From the NCBI GenBank assembly GCA_963806855.1, contig CAWDYW010000001.1:352001-416000 (forward strand): a DNA stretch of 64,000 nt, written 5' to 3'. Source of the DNA: an uncultured Verrucomicrobiae bacterium (GTDB lineage: Bacteria > Chlamydiota > Chlamydiia > Chlamydiales > Rhabdochlamydiaceae). The notes under the pieces are model-generated. The model had not been told where the DNA came from, did not search any database, and saw only the letters and a list, made by a program, of their open reading frames with translations. This document shows positions 1-10,269 of the stretch, in pieces. A program made the position numbers and the translations under genes. The first letter of the stretch is position 1, and every line of letters begins with the position of its first letter.

Positions 1-36
1 ATTCTGATAACAGGGGTTCGAATCCCCTTGGGGTCA
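1..36 (+). tRNA. 3' part of a tRNA truncated by the window start, probably tRNA-Glu
   Basis: T-arm AGGGG-TTCGAAT-CCCCT followed by acceptor-strand TGGGGTCA. The anticodon lies outside the window, so the identity is inferred from resemblance only. Confidence 0.7.
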
Positions 37-45
37 ATACTTTTC

Positions 46-118
46 GAGACTTTAGCTCAGTCGGTAGAGCATCTCACTTTTAATGAGGGGGTCGATGGTT
101 CGAGTCCATCAAGTCTCA
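46..118 (+). tRNA. tRNA-Lys (anticodon TTT)
   Basis: Acceptor stem GAGACTT/AAGTCTC, D-arm GCTCAGTCGGTAGAGC, anticodon loop CTTTTAA (77-83), T-arm GATGG-TTCGAGT-CCATC. No encoded CCA. Confidence 0.95.
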
Positions 119-128
119 AATTTCTATC
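73..128 (+). repeat. attL core
   Basis: CTCACTTTTAATGAGGGGGTCGATGGTTCGAGTCCATCAAGTCTCAAATTTCTATC. Confidence 0.93.
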
Positions 129-200
129 TAGTTCATTCCATTGCACATCCGCTTTAATCAGCTTGACTCAAATAATATTTGAGTTCATGATTTTGGCCAA

Positions 201-220
201 ATGGTGCAAGAATGGTGCAA
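201..220 (+). promoter_or_regulatory. Putative integrase arm-type binding sites (left), ATGGTGCAA x2
   Basis: Direct 9-mers at 201-209 and 212-220. The same pair with the same 11-bp period recurs near attR. Confidence 0.65.
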
Positions 221-284
221 CGAAGAATAAACTTAACCAGCACTTCATCCCATCGCTCAACCCTTCAAACTAAAGGTTAGAGCT

Positions 285-1358
285 ATGGCATCGATCTACA
301 AAAGAAAATCTAAAGACGGTAAATCATTTGTCTGGCGTGCTGTCGTTCGCATCAAAGGTTATCCCACCACTTGTAATACATTTGAACGCAAACAAGCAGC
401 TGAGGACTGGGCTAAAGATACTGAGCAGCGTATCAAGCTCGGTCAATATAATTTTGAAGCACACAATACTTCCCGCACCTATGCTGCCTTACTTGCTCGA
501 CTCTCACTCGATGGGGCATTTCAACACCATCGCTCTCTTAAAAACACTCAAGCCCAGTATGACTATTGGAATAAACGTCTAGGTGCTTACGCACTCGTTC
601 ACATCTCGCTCGAGCTCGTCTCCAAAGAGCGTCAGCTCTTCGCCAATACTCCAACACATAAGGGTTCTAAACCTTCTCCGTCGACCGTAAATCGCTATAT
701 GGCGACTCTTGCCTCAACGCTAAGCTATGCCGTTAAGCAACTCCGTTGGCTTCCCAAAAACCCATGTACAAACCTCCTCAAGCTTAAAGAAGATCCAGGG
801 CGTGATCGTATTCTTGAAGACGCCGAGATTGCCCGCCTCCTTGCCGCCTGTAGACAAAGCAAATCGACCTATCTCTACACGATCGTCCTATTTGCCCTCA
901 CTACTGGCGCCAGGCGCGGGGAGATCCTCGGCCTTGAGTGGCGTAACGTCGATTTTGACAATCACCTTGCGCACCTCAAAGAGACCAAGAACGGCCGCCC
1001 CCGCAGTATTGCCCTTGCAGATCCATTGATCGTTGAACTGAGGGGCTTATATGCAGTCCGCCATCCGCAAAAGCCCTTGGTTTTCGCCAGTAAGACCCCT
1101 TTTGGACGCATCGATTTCAAGAAGGCATGGATGGAGGCACTGAAACGCGCCGGCATCATCGATTATCATTTCCATGATCTCAGGCACCAATTCTGTACTT
1201 TTGCAGCTGGAATGGGAGCTTCTAACTTGGAGCTCGCGACTGCAACCGGGCATCTCACTTTGGCCATGTTGCAGAGGTATACCCACATGGATGCTGAAGT
1301 GACCAAGAAATATAGTAAACACATCTCTGAACGAATCCTTCAAGGAGATTCTGTATGA
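285..1358 (+). CDS. Tyrosine recombinase / phage-type integrase
   Basis: TGARRGE (Arg), ETKNG (Lys), FHDLRH (HxxR), TGH and RYTH (Tyr), plus an N-terminal arm-binding-like region. Confidence 0.96.
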   Translation: MASIYKRKSKDGKSFVWRAVVRIKGYPTTCNTFERKQAAEDWAKDTEQRIKLGQYNFEAHNTSRTYAALLARLSLDGAFQHHRSLKNTQAQYDYWNKRLGAYALVHISLELVSKERQLFANTPTHKGSKPSPSTVNRYMATLASTLSYAVKQLRWLPKNPCTNLLKLKEDPGRDRILEDAEIARLLAACRQSKSTYLYTIVLFALTTGARRGEILGLEWRNVDFDNHLAHLKETKNGRPRSIALADPLIVELRGLYAVRHPQKPLVFASKTPFGRIDFKKAWMEALKRAGIIDYHFHDLRHQFCTFAAGMGASNLELATATGHLTLAMLQRYTHMDAEVTKKYSKHISERILQGDSV

Positions 1359-2446
1359 TCAAAAAAGATATATCAACCCTCTCGCAGTTACCCTCAACTG
1401 CACCTACTCTTCCTGAGGGACTTCTTGAAGATCTTCGGCACATGATTGACCAGACCCGTAGGTCCATTGCCTCCACAGTGAATTCAAAGCTGACATTGCT
1501 TTACTGGCAAGTGGGAGCCAGAATTCGATCTGAAGTTCTTAAATATGAACGAGCTGAGTATGGTCATGCAATTGTTTCGACGCTGTCGAACAAATTGACG
1601 TTAGACTACGGTAATGGGTTTAGGGAGCAGAGCTTGCGCAAGATGATACGATTTGCAGAAAGATTCCCCGAGGAGCAGGTCCTTCTTTCTCTATTGCGAC
1701 ACCTGAGCTGGAGTCATTTTATTGAGTTGACCCCACTTAAAGACCCTCTGATGCGCGAATTTTACGCAGAGATGTGCCGGATCGAGCGATGGAACGTCCG
1801 CACCCTGCGCAAAAAGATCGATTCCATGCTCTATGAGAGAACCGCGCTTTCAAAACGACCTGAATTGGTCGCACGTGCTGAATTAGATGCGCTTCGTCAG
1901 GAGGATCTCCTGACGCCGGATCTCGTATTCCGTGATCCCTATGTCCTCGAGTTCCTTAAACTTAATGACCGCTACTTTGAAAAAGACGTTGAGGACGCCA
2001 TCATGCGGGAGCTGGAGCAATTCCTGTTGGAGCTTGGTGTGGGCTTCTGCTTTGTCGCCCGTCAAAAGTGCATCACCGTAGACGAAGAAGATTTCCATCT
2101 CGACCTTCTTTTCTTCCACAGGGGTCTGAAGCGACTAGTGGCCATCGAGTTGAAACTTGGCGATTTCAAACCCGAGCATAAGGGACAGATGGAACTCTAC
2201 CTGCGCTGGCTTGACAAGTATGAGCGTAGATTCGGTGAAGAATCTCCAATAGGACTCATCCTTTGCACTGGGAAAAAACAGGAACGGATCGAACTATTGG
2301 AACTGGGTCAGTCTGGTATACACGTTGCTGAATATCTCACCGCTTTGCCGTCAAAAGAGCTCCTAAGTGAAAAGCTCCATAAGGCTATCGAGCATGCACG
2401 TCAACGGCTAGAAACCCAGTCTGAGGGGGAGGAGCAAGAAGTTTGA
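1355..2446 (+). CDS. YhcG/DUF1016 family PD-(D/E)xK nuclease-domain protein
   Basis: LLYWQVG, LSWSHF, FYAEMCRIERWNVRTL, DPYVLEFL, FLLELG, DLLFFHR..IELK and GQMELYL motifs. Confidence 0.92.
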   Translation: MIKKDISTLSQLPSTAPTLPEGLLEDLRHMIDQTRRSIASTVNSKLTLLYWQVGARIRSEVLKYERAEYGHAIVSTLSNKLTLDYGNGFREQSLRKMIRFAERFPEEQVLLSLLRHLSWSHFIELTPLKDPLMREFYAEMCRIERWNVRTLRKKIDSMLYERTALSKRPELVARAELDALRQEDLLTPDLVFRDPYVLEFLKLNDRYFEKDVEDAIMRELEQFLLELGVGFCFVARQKCITVDEEDFHLDLLFFHRGLKRLVAIELKLGDFKPEHKGQMELYLRWLDKYERRFGEESPIGLILCTGKKQERIELLELGQSGIHVAEYLTALPSKELLSEKLHKAIEHARQRLETQSEGEEQEV

Positions 2447-3585
2447 AGCATGATTTAGAACCGGCAAAAACTGTTCTTCGATCATTTTTAGATGAGATTG
2501 AGTCGGTAAAGAAGATCCGTCGCAGTATTTCCGCACCAGCTATGGCAACTGCTTTTTCAGTAGAAGATCGAATGCCAATATTCGACGCCACCGAATTTAT
2601 TCCTACTTCCGATTCCTATTGGGAAAATGAAGATGCATACACTTGGCTTTATGCAGAAGCCCGCTATTGTCGTTCTCTTATGCACAGGATGAAAGTCAAT
2701 GTGGTACCAGAATACTATCGAGAACATGCATTGCCTATCTATTTGCAATGGCGAGATGAAGAAAAAGAAGTATTTCATCGAGGATGCATTATTCCCTCTC
2801 CATCTGGGAACATTAATCTGGCTAATTACCTTCAACAGCTTGCTCTAATGGCGTCAGAGGAAAATGAACATCGCGCTGTTTGGATAAAATCACTTCGCTG
2901 TTTTCTTAAATTTTTGAGAGAAGATACTGATTTGGGTCAACAGGGCGCTCTAGAAGTCATATTTCCATACAAAATGGAATTTCGTAAGGGATATTCAATT
3001 CAAGGCAAAGGGGAAAAAATCGAAGAAGTTGAGCGGCGCTACATTCTCAGGAGAGTCGACGCTGCCGCATCCCCTATTGATATACTAGCTGCATCAGAAA
3101 TTACTCAGAATTTAGCCAAGATTTTTCTTGAAGGACGCCCAAATTCTCAGCATTCAGCTGCGGAGGCGCTGGGCTTTGCTTGGTTGTGCCATGCGGTTGG
3201 CTCCAGTCGTCTGATAACGAGAGAAAAAATCATCTTTTCCACTCCATTGGCCGCGCTTAAACCCCCCAATACTAAAATATCTGAAGATCCTTCCCAATTA
3301 CAATACCATATTGGGATCAGAAGTCTTTTTGGAATCATCGAAGTCCCGATTTCTAAAATTCTTTACGAATTTTTAATTGCTCTTCCTCGTGATTCTAAAA
3401 GCGACCTTATTTTCACCTTGCCTTGGAGAACTTTGCTCCGAACTTTTCATGAAAAAGGAGTAAAGTTTTCGAAGCGTGCAAGTAATCTCGGTGAGATCTC
3501 ATTTCTCACCCTCATGAGTCAGCCACATGAAGCAATCGGACACCGGCCTTTTCTGAAGCAAAAATCCTTCAAATCCAAACGATAG
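2443..3585 (+). CDS. Hypothetical protein; C-terminus faintly resembles a degenerate tyrosine-recombinase fold
   Basis: 380-aa ORF translationally coupled to yhcG. The resemblance is by eye only. Confidence 0.65.
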   Translation: MKHDLEPAKTVLRSFLDEIESVKKIRRSISAPAMATAFSVEDRMPIFDATEFIPTSDSYWENEDAYTWLYAEARYCRSLMHRMKVNVVPEYYREHALPIYLQWRDEEKEVFHRGCIIPSPSGNINLANYLQQLALMASEENEHRAVWIKSLRCFLKFLREDTDLGQQGALEVIFPYKMEFRKGYSIQGKGEKIEEVERRYILRRVDAAASPIDILAASEITQNLAKIFLEGRPNSQHSAAEALGFAWLCHAVGSSRLITREKIIFSTPLAALKPPNTKISEDPSQLQYHIGIRSLFGIIEVPISKILYEFLIALPRDSKSDLIFTLPWRTLLRTFHEKGVKFSKRASNLGEISFLTLMSQPHEAIGHRPFLKQKSFKSKR

Positions 3586-3678
3586 TAGAAACTGTCACCC
3601 ACCAAGCAATCTGGATAATCAGCAGCTTCCATCATAATTGGGCTCATATAAACAAAACCCAATTTTAACGGAGGTTAC

Positions 3679-3936
3679 ATGGGTAATTACGAGTACATCT
3701 CTCCAAAACAAATTACAACTTGCGGAAGGTATCCCTTTTCATTAGCGCAGGTTCGCCACTTTTTATTGTTTAGACATCGAAATGGCTTATCTTCAGCGGT
3801 TCGCAAAATTGGCAAGCGAATCCTTTTGAGAACTGATCTATGGGAATCGTGGTTGGAAAATCAAATTTCTAAAAAGGAAAACATAAATGAAAACCATACA
3901 AGAACTATTGCCACTCGTCCTAGGGAAAATAACTGA
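3679..3936 (+). CDS. Excisionase/AlpA-like small DNA-binding protein
   Basis: GGAGG RBS; short basic protein with a VRKIGKRILLRTDLWESWLE wing-like motif; position within the island. Confidence 0.7.
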   Translation: MGNYEYISPKQITTCGRYPFSLAQVRHFLLFRHRNGLSSAVRKIGKRILLRTDLWESWLENQISKKENINENHTRTIATRPRENN

Positions 3937-4016
3937 ACGTTATTTGAAATACAAAAACCCTCGGACCAGCGACGAACCGAGGGATATTGAACGAATCAAA
4001 GATAAGAGACACCATT

Positions 4017-6247
4017 ATGATAGTAAATATTTCTCAAAAAGGCAAAGAAGAAAAAACCGATCTACTCGATCAAAGCCTTGGGCAAGAATCAATTAATGAT
4101 CCAAATGCATTCCTCATTCGACCTGCAAAAGGCGCGTGTAAGGGAATAAAAGCCATTAAGAGCCATTTAAAAGCGGAAGGGTGTCATTGGCATTCTGCCA
4201 CAAGTGCATGGAGTTGCCCGATTTCTTCCAAAGAAAAAATATGCGGGCTTTTAAAAACTACAAATTTAACGATTGAGATTACTCCTTTTTCTGATCAATA
4301 TTTTGAAAAATCTGAAAATCAGAAAGAAGCGGAGGATATTTGGGCTCAAATTGATCTTTTAGAGAAAGAGCATCAAAGGGAAGCAACTCAGCTGATCATA
4401 GATAATGAAGTTTTGGAAAAAAGAAGCGAAGCCCGGCCCTTAAATGAAGATGACCACGGACTGTTGGGGAAAAGAGCTCTGCTGAGGGAGCGGGAACAAA
4501 AACAAATAGAACTTGCTTCTGAAATCAAGGAGTTAAGAAATAGCGCCAAGTTGATGGAAGAAAGCAAAACGGAAGAAATCCCGCTACCTTTACATATTTT
4601 AGGGTATAATGCGCAACATCAGATTTTGATCTGGCAAAATGGGCGTCTTTTAGCCCTGTCTACAACGTATCTCAACAAAAATGAGCTACGTCTTTTAGTT
4701 GGAGGACAGTCAAAATGGTTCCAGATGCCCGATGGGGATCAACTATTGAAAAATAGGCTTATCGATGAAGCTCGAGAAAGAGGATTTATCGACGATGAAG
4801 AGCCTCTTAAAGCAGGAGTTTGGAATTTAAAAGGGAAATGGATCGTAATCTCCGGTAAGCGAGCAGCTACAATAGAGAACGGAGAAATAAGATATCTCAA
4901 TGAGCCCATTTTTGAAGGGAGGCTCATTGAAACCAACGTTGCTTCTTGGATTGACTGGTCTGTTTTTAGAGGGATCATTGAAACCGGACCAGGAGAGGCT
5001 AAAAAATATCTTTAACTGCCTTTATGCAAAAGTGAAGCTATGGAATTGGAATGAGCCCTCAATGGGCGCCTATGCCACAGCTTTTATAATGCTTTCGATT
5101 GTTCAGCAGGCGATGAAATGGCGTCCCTGGATTTATCTTACAGGGGCAAAGTCGACTGGAAAATCGACCTTTTTTGAATTTCTTCTGCAAACTATTTTTG
5201 GTGTTTTAGTGGAGCGTCTTGATAAGAGCACAGCCCATGCCACTGCACAAACAATTGGGAATAGCGGGCGAATTCCTGTCTTTGATGAGTTCGAAAAACA
5301 TCGTCATATTCCTGAAATTCTTGAATTAGCAAAACTTTTTAATAAGGGTGGGCAAAAAAGTAGTGGAACCGGGTCAGAGAAAGCTCATCGCTTTCTACTG
5401 CATCATATGCCTTGGTTTGGATCAATTTATCTTCCCAAACGCTTCATGCAGGATGCTGCTCAAGAATCCAGAACAATAAAATTGGAACTCAAAAAACTTA
5501 AGGAAGAAACCCCGTTGTTGGAGAAATTTGATTCAGAGGAAGCTCCAAAGCTCGCTGCTGAAATTGTAGCAGCCCTAATCTCTTCATGGGAGAAAATTGA
5601 GATGAAGGCACAAAAAATTAACGCGGATCGAAATTCGTTGATTCAAGAGCTGCCGGGAATTGAAATTCGAACCATCGAAAATTTTATGTATGCTTCTTCT
5701 CTTTTGATATTGGCCTGTCCTGAGTTGGCCGGCCCAATAATTCCTCATTGGGCGGTAACGCAATCAGAAGATGATGGTGACAAATTATTGGATACCATTT
5801 TAGCTAGCATCGTCAAGATAAGAGGGGAAACATATTTGATAAGCGAGCTTCTACAACTTTCTAAAAGAAGTCCTAGCGAGGAATATTCAAAAGAATTGGA
5901 TAGATATGGACTTCGATTCACAACTCATAAATCCAAACATTTTTTGGCAATACGATGTGAAAATATCACTCGTCATCTCCTGAAGGATACTGATGATGCC
6001 TCGTTGGACATCAAAGGCCCTTTATTAAGAATAGAAGGAACAATGAATAGCGGAGCTAGTGAAAATGGCTGGAAGTCCTAAGCGATGCATTCTTATTCCT
6101 GTCGAGCAAATAGGAATTGACTTAGACCAAGCTTATGAATGTGCCCCCTGGATTTTATCACCGTTATACAATAGTTACCGGCGTTACCTAGTTAGGATGC
6201 TGCTGTTATCTCTTAAGATTCTAATGAACAAAGTATTATGTGTATGA
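4017..6247 (+). pseudogene. Replication helicase/ATPase-like gene broken by two frameshifts (ORFs 3987-5015, 4900-6081, 6059-6247)
   Basis: Walker A GAKSTGKST and Walker B PVFDEFE in the middle fragment. Overlapping frames join near ~4990-5010 and ~6055-6080. Confidence 0.7.
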
Positions 6248-6424
6248 GTAACAGAGTAACGCGAATTGCTATTGGGGATTCCAATCAGGTCCAAAAATAG
6301 TGCAAATGAGGATTCCAGAGGATCCTCAAATATTTTTTGCCCCCTTTGGAAGCGATGTTACTTGTTACTGATTTGTCTAACTCGTTAAAATTAAAATTAT
6401 TAATTGGTAACATTCTATTGTTAC
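6163..6424. repeat. GTTAC/GTAAC iteron-like cluster, putative replication origin of the island
   Basis: GTTAC at 6174, 6183, 6357, 6364 and 6420; GTAAC at 6248, 6256 and 6407; AT-rich spacers. Confidence 0.55.
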
Positions 6425-6450
6425 CACAAGGCTTGTTTGAGGTGTAGAAT

Positions 6451-6951
6451 ATGGCTAAGAAGAAGAATTTAGAAGATGTTTATTATCCAGTCCCACAAGA
6501 CTTCAACCCAATGAGATCGGAGAGGCTGCCGAATAATAAAGACGTTGTCAGAAGGATCATTCAAGGAGCAGTGAAGGTGGCCTATCGTCTAAAAAACCCT
6601 ACACAATGGGACTCTCTTCAGAACCCAATCAAACCAAAAGCAGTGGCAACAAATGAACAGATGGAAATGATCATACATCTAATAGAGTCATTGCAGCCAA
6701 GCGATGCAATCGAAGCCGCCCTTGCAAGCCAGTTTGCTATAACATATATTCGCGGGATCGAGGTTGCGGAGAGTTACAGCATCCCAATAGATTTATTTGA
6801 GTTCGGCCATAAAGTTCTGGAGACGATTCAGAAATATCGTAGTAAAGGCGCTCAGCAAATCAGTGTTCAATACAATGTAAACCAGGGGCAGGCGGTTAAT
6901 ATCAAGAATATTAAAAAAGATGAACAGCCAGTTATTCAGGATGGAGGGTGA
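6451..6951 (+). CDS. Hypothetical protein (paralog of 7097-7641)
   Basis: GAGG RBS; motif LQPSDAIEAALASQ...IQKYRSKGAQQISVQYNV. Confidence 0.75.
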   Translation: MAKKKNLEDVYYPVPQDFNPMRSERLPNNKDVVRRIIQGAVKVAYRLKNPTQWDSLQNPIKPKAVATNEQMEMIIHLIESLQPSDAIEAALASQFAITYIRGIEVAESYSIPIDLFEFGHKVLETIQKYRSKGAQQISVQYNVNQGQAVNIKNIKKDEQPVIQDGG

Positions 6952-7096
6952 ATATGAAAACGGAGTATAGAGCGCATAGACTTCTATGACCATGATAAAC
7001 TAAAGAAACTACATGAGAGACGGGCTATGAAATGGCTGAGGCTATTTTTAAAAGCGAAAAAAGGCGACCCAAAGGCCAAAGAGGATATCAAAAAGC

Positions 7097-7641
7097 ATGA
7101 GGCCGAAGATCGGCTCTTGCGGGCACGGGCAAATGAGACTGGCGATCATTGGAAATGAAGGCATGGCTAAACCTCAAAAAAAACGAGATCCCCCTACTCA
7201 TATCATCGCAGCACATGAAGCTCTTGTTCCTTTCATGCAGGCATTTCACATCGACTCAGAGAAAGTAGCTAAAGAGCTGGTCTCGGCGGCGGCAAAAAAT
7301 ATCTATGGCTCCAGTGATCTGAGAAGGGGGCAGGCTATATCAAATGAAGAACTGGATGGGATAATTTCTCTCATGAATGCCATCAATCCTCAGGACTCGT
7401 TAGAAACTCTGTATGCAGTCCTGAGATTATAGTTTGCCACATGCTGGGGATGCGAAAGACTGCGGAAGTCTATGCGGAGGATCAAAAGCTGGGGCTGAAT
7501 CTATTGCGATTCGGCAATGAAGCAATGCAACAGTTAGAAAAGAAACGAAGTGGCCAAATACAAAATATAACTGTTCATTATAATTATACAGATCATGGCA
7601 ATGCTATGATACAGGTTATGATCGCAGATAAAGGAGATTGA
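7097..7641 (+). pseudogene. Frameshifted paralog of 6451-6951
   Basis: INPQDSLETLYAV in one frame continues as EIIVCHMLGM...LEKKRSGQIQNITVHYN in another; break near 7420. Confidence 0.65.
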
Positions 7642-7642
7642 T

Positions 7643-7879
7643 ATGCCTGTCCGTGGGGTAAAGACATGTGGTGCAAAGTGCCGGACCAAAAATGGCGGCC
7701 CTTGCGATCAGCCCGGCATGAAAAATGGAAGATGCAGAATGCACGGCGGGGTCTTTTACAAGCGGGAAAAGCATGGTGGGACGACATTGCGGGCAATAGC
7801 GAAGAGGAGAAGAGAAAGGGCTGTTTTAAGGGAAATGAAGAAGGTTTGCAGAGAAATTTTGAAGGGAGAAATGAACTGA
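7643..7879 (+). CDS. HGGxSTG-type Cys/His (zinc-finger-like) small protein
   Basis: CGAKCR..GGPC.QPGMKNGRCRMHGG..KHG pattern; AAGGAG RBS. Confidence 0.8.
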   Translation: MPVRGVKTCGAKCRTKNGGPCDQPGMKNGRCRMHGGVFYKREKHGGTTLRAIAKRRRERAVLREMKKVCREILKGEMN

Positions 7880-7928
7880 GTTTACTCTCAAATGCGCGCG
7901 TGTGACCCTCCCCCCTATTATGGGTGAG

Positions 7929-8414
7929 TTATTCTTTTTTCAATTGCAATAGAAGTTCTCGATAGGATTGAAGACATTCCAAAATATTTGATGAAAGTGG
8001 TTGATCTATCAGTTCGTCAGCGAGTTTGGAAACTTTTTCAAAATATTGTGGAGTTTGAAACTCTCTCTCTTTGGGGATTGCGATTGTATAGAGATGAAGA
8101 CACAATATTTTCAAACGAATTGCAGCCGCTGGCTGCTGTTCTGCTTCTTCAATAAGAGCAAGTTCATGAAAAAGGTCAGCACCAAGAACGCATTTCTCGG
8201 TTTCAAGACGATTAGAAAAATCCTTAAAGTGATCCAGGATCTGATCGGGGTGATAGAGGAGTAATAAATCAATGTTGGTTCTCAGAAGATAGCGTCCTGT
8301 TGTCCGAACCAGCTCTCGTGCTTCTTTGTAGTCCCCCGATTTTCTACGGCGCATGATAGCCAATATCGCCCGAACAAATTGTTCTATAATCCTCATGATA
8401 TAGTCTTTTTGCAT
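7929..8414 (-). CDS. Hypothetical helical protein (DUF6483-like)
   Basis: The N-terminus QKDYIMRIIEQFVRAIL resembles this family. Confidence 0.65.
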   Translation of the reverse strand: MQKDYIMRIIEQFVRAILAIMRRRKSGDYKEARELVRTTGRYLLRTNIDLLLLYHPDQILDHFKDFSNRLETEKCVLGADLFHELALIEEAEQQPAAAIRLKILCLHLYTIAIPKEREFQTPQYFEKVSKLADELIDQPLSSNILECLQSYRELLLQLKKE

Positions 8415-8426
8415 GGGGAGATGCCC

Positions 8427-10065
8427 TTACTCTTTTTGAGTCTTTGGCATAATTTCTGCAACAATCGTGCTGTTGGGAAGAACCATGTGCCCTTGTACAA
8501 TTTTGCCGCTGCCATCAAAGATAAATTGCAATTTTTGACCAGCCATCCCTTTTAGATTAAAAATACCAAAACATTCCGGTATGAGTTTAAATTGGGCTTG
8601 TGGAATAGAAAATAGTAATTGTGAATCGCAAAGCTTAATTGTTATTTCTATTTTTTGTTGGTCGTGTATAGTCTTTCCCTCAGATAGGAGCCTTGAAAGC
8701 GCCTTAAATAATCGAAATCCTTTGTGAGAGCTTTATCAATGGAAGAGGGCGTAGTTGGCTGCGTCTATTCCAATCTGGAGCTGAGAGTTCGTCTGGCCAA
8801 CCTTCAGTAGAATTTGAAAGGACAACGATCCCTTTTTGAGTTTTAGAATTGAAACCCAAAAAGTTTCTAAATCCGCCTGTACCACCATTATGCCAAATAA
8901 TATCAGCGTGATTAGAATGAGAAATCATCCATCCTAAGCCGATACCGTCGACAGGGCCACCTGCGTATTGTTGTTTATGACACTGTTTCTAACAGGTCAG
9001 TTATGGGGGAATTAAGAAGCCCTATATTGGCACTAAGAAAGGAAGTCATGTCTTTTATGTTCGAGCGAAGGGCACCAGCTCCTGCAAGGGTTGGGGATCT
9101 CCCAATGCTCCATCTTTTGTTTTAAGTGATAGCCATTTGGCAATATTCTTCGTCTATATCAGCAGGTAATACGACCCTAGTATTTGCCATCCCCAATTTA
9201 TCGCAGATACGACTACGGACTAGTTCTTCATAACTTTTGACCGGCTCGTTTTCCCAAAATATGGCCTAACAGGCCCAAGCCCACATTGGAGTATTCAAAC
9301 TGTTCTCCAGGGGCCCTTTTTAAATTGTAATGATTCAGAAAATGATAGAGATCCTCTGAGGTGAAGTCTTCATATGGATTCATTGGATTTTTTGGATTAA
9401 AATTGTCTGGTAGGCTGGGGAGCCCAGAATAATGTGTAGCCAAATGACGTAATGTGATCTTTTTCCCATTCAGTTCGGGGATTTTAACACTGGGCAAATA
9501 GGTCTCGACAGGTTCATCTAATACCACTTCTCCATTAGCTACCATATCCATTAAAATCAAGGTTGTGAAAATTTTTGTAATAGAGCCTATTTCAAAAATA
9601 GTATCTTCGGATATCTGACTCATCATCCTCAATTGATTTTTTGCCATATGAGAAAAATTGTATTTTGCCCTGATCAATTAGGCCAACAGCAGCCCCAACG
9701 GCTCCACTATCATCTACATATTCTTGAATTAAAGTCTGTATATCCATATTTGTATCCATATTGTTTCCAACTTTAATTTGGATTTCATTTAAATCTACAT
9801 TTAGATCATCTGATAAATTCAGCTCATGAGCTCGCAACACCAAACTGTGCAGGTCTGATGCCTTAACCTCAGAGGTAATGGCTCTTACTGCCAGTTCATT
9901 TACTCGATTGGGGAGGTTGCAATGAAGGTAGCGTTCTTTACTGTAGTCCACCGCAAGCCTCAGCTCTCCACCATTACGTAATAGTTGAGCGAGCCTTTGA
10001 ATTTGTGGTTTAAATTCTTCTGCCGTCATACTCTTAATTCTACCAAGATTAATCTCGACACTCAT
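8427..10065 (-). pseudogene. Serine hydrolase / class C beta-lactamase-like pseudogene
   Basis: FEIGSITK (SxxK), YSN and WHNGGTGG motifs are spread over several frames (9592-10065, 9228-9677, 8704-8928), with a C-terminal remnant to ~8427. Confidence 0.85.
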
Positions 10066-10269
10066 AAAAACCCTTATTTAAAAATGTATTTTGCCACGGC
10101 CAATTGCTTACAACTAATAGACTTGCCATTATGTCAAAATTCGAAAACTACGACAAGATGAAAAAAATTGTTTAAATTTTTTTTAAACAACATGATTTTC
10201 TGATCCGATTTATCAGCCTGAATTTTAGGATTTATGCGTAGTAAATTTTAAAACCCTGAGGATGAAGCT

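Noticed and set aside
28..273. 81-aa ORF at the window start
   Set aside because: It overlaps the tRNA genes and att arm, so it is a spurious frame.
3887..4096. 69-aa ORF overlapping the xis-like and ATPase genes
   Set aside because: It may be a real small island gene, but it overlaps both neighbours and has no recognisable motif.
9228..9677. Functional beta-lactam resistance gene
   Set aside because: It is only a fragment of a multiply frameshifted gene, and the family includes many non-resistance hydrolases.
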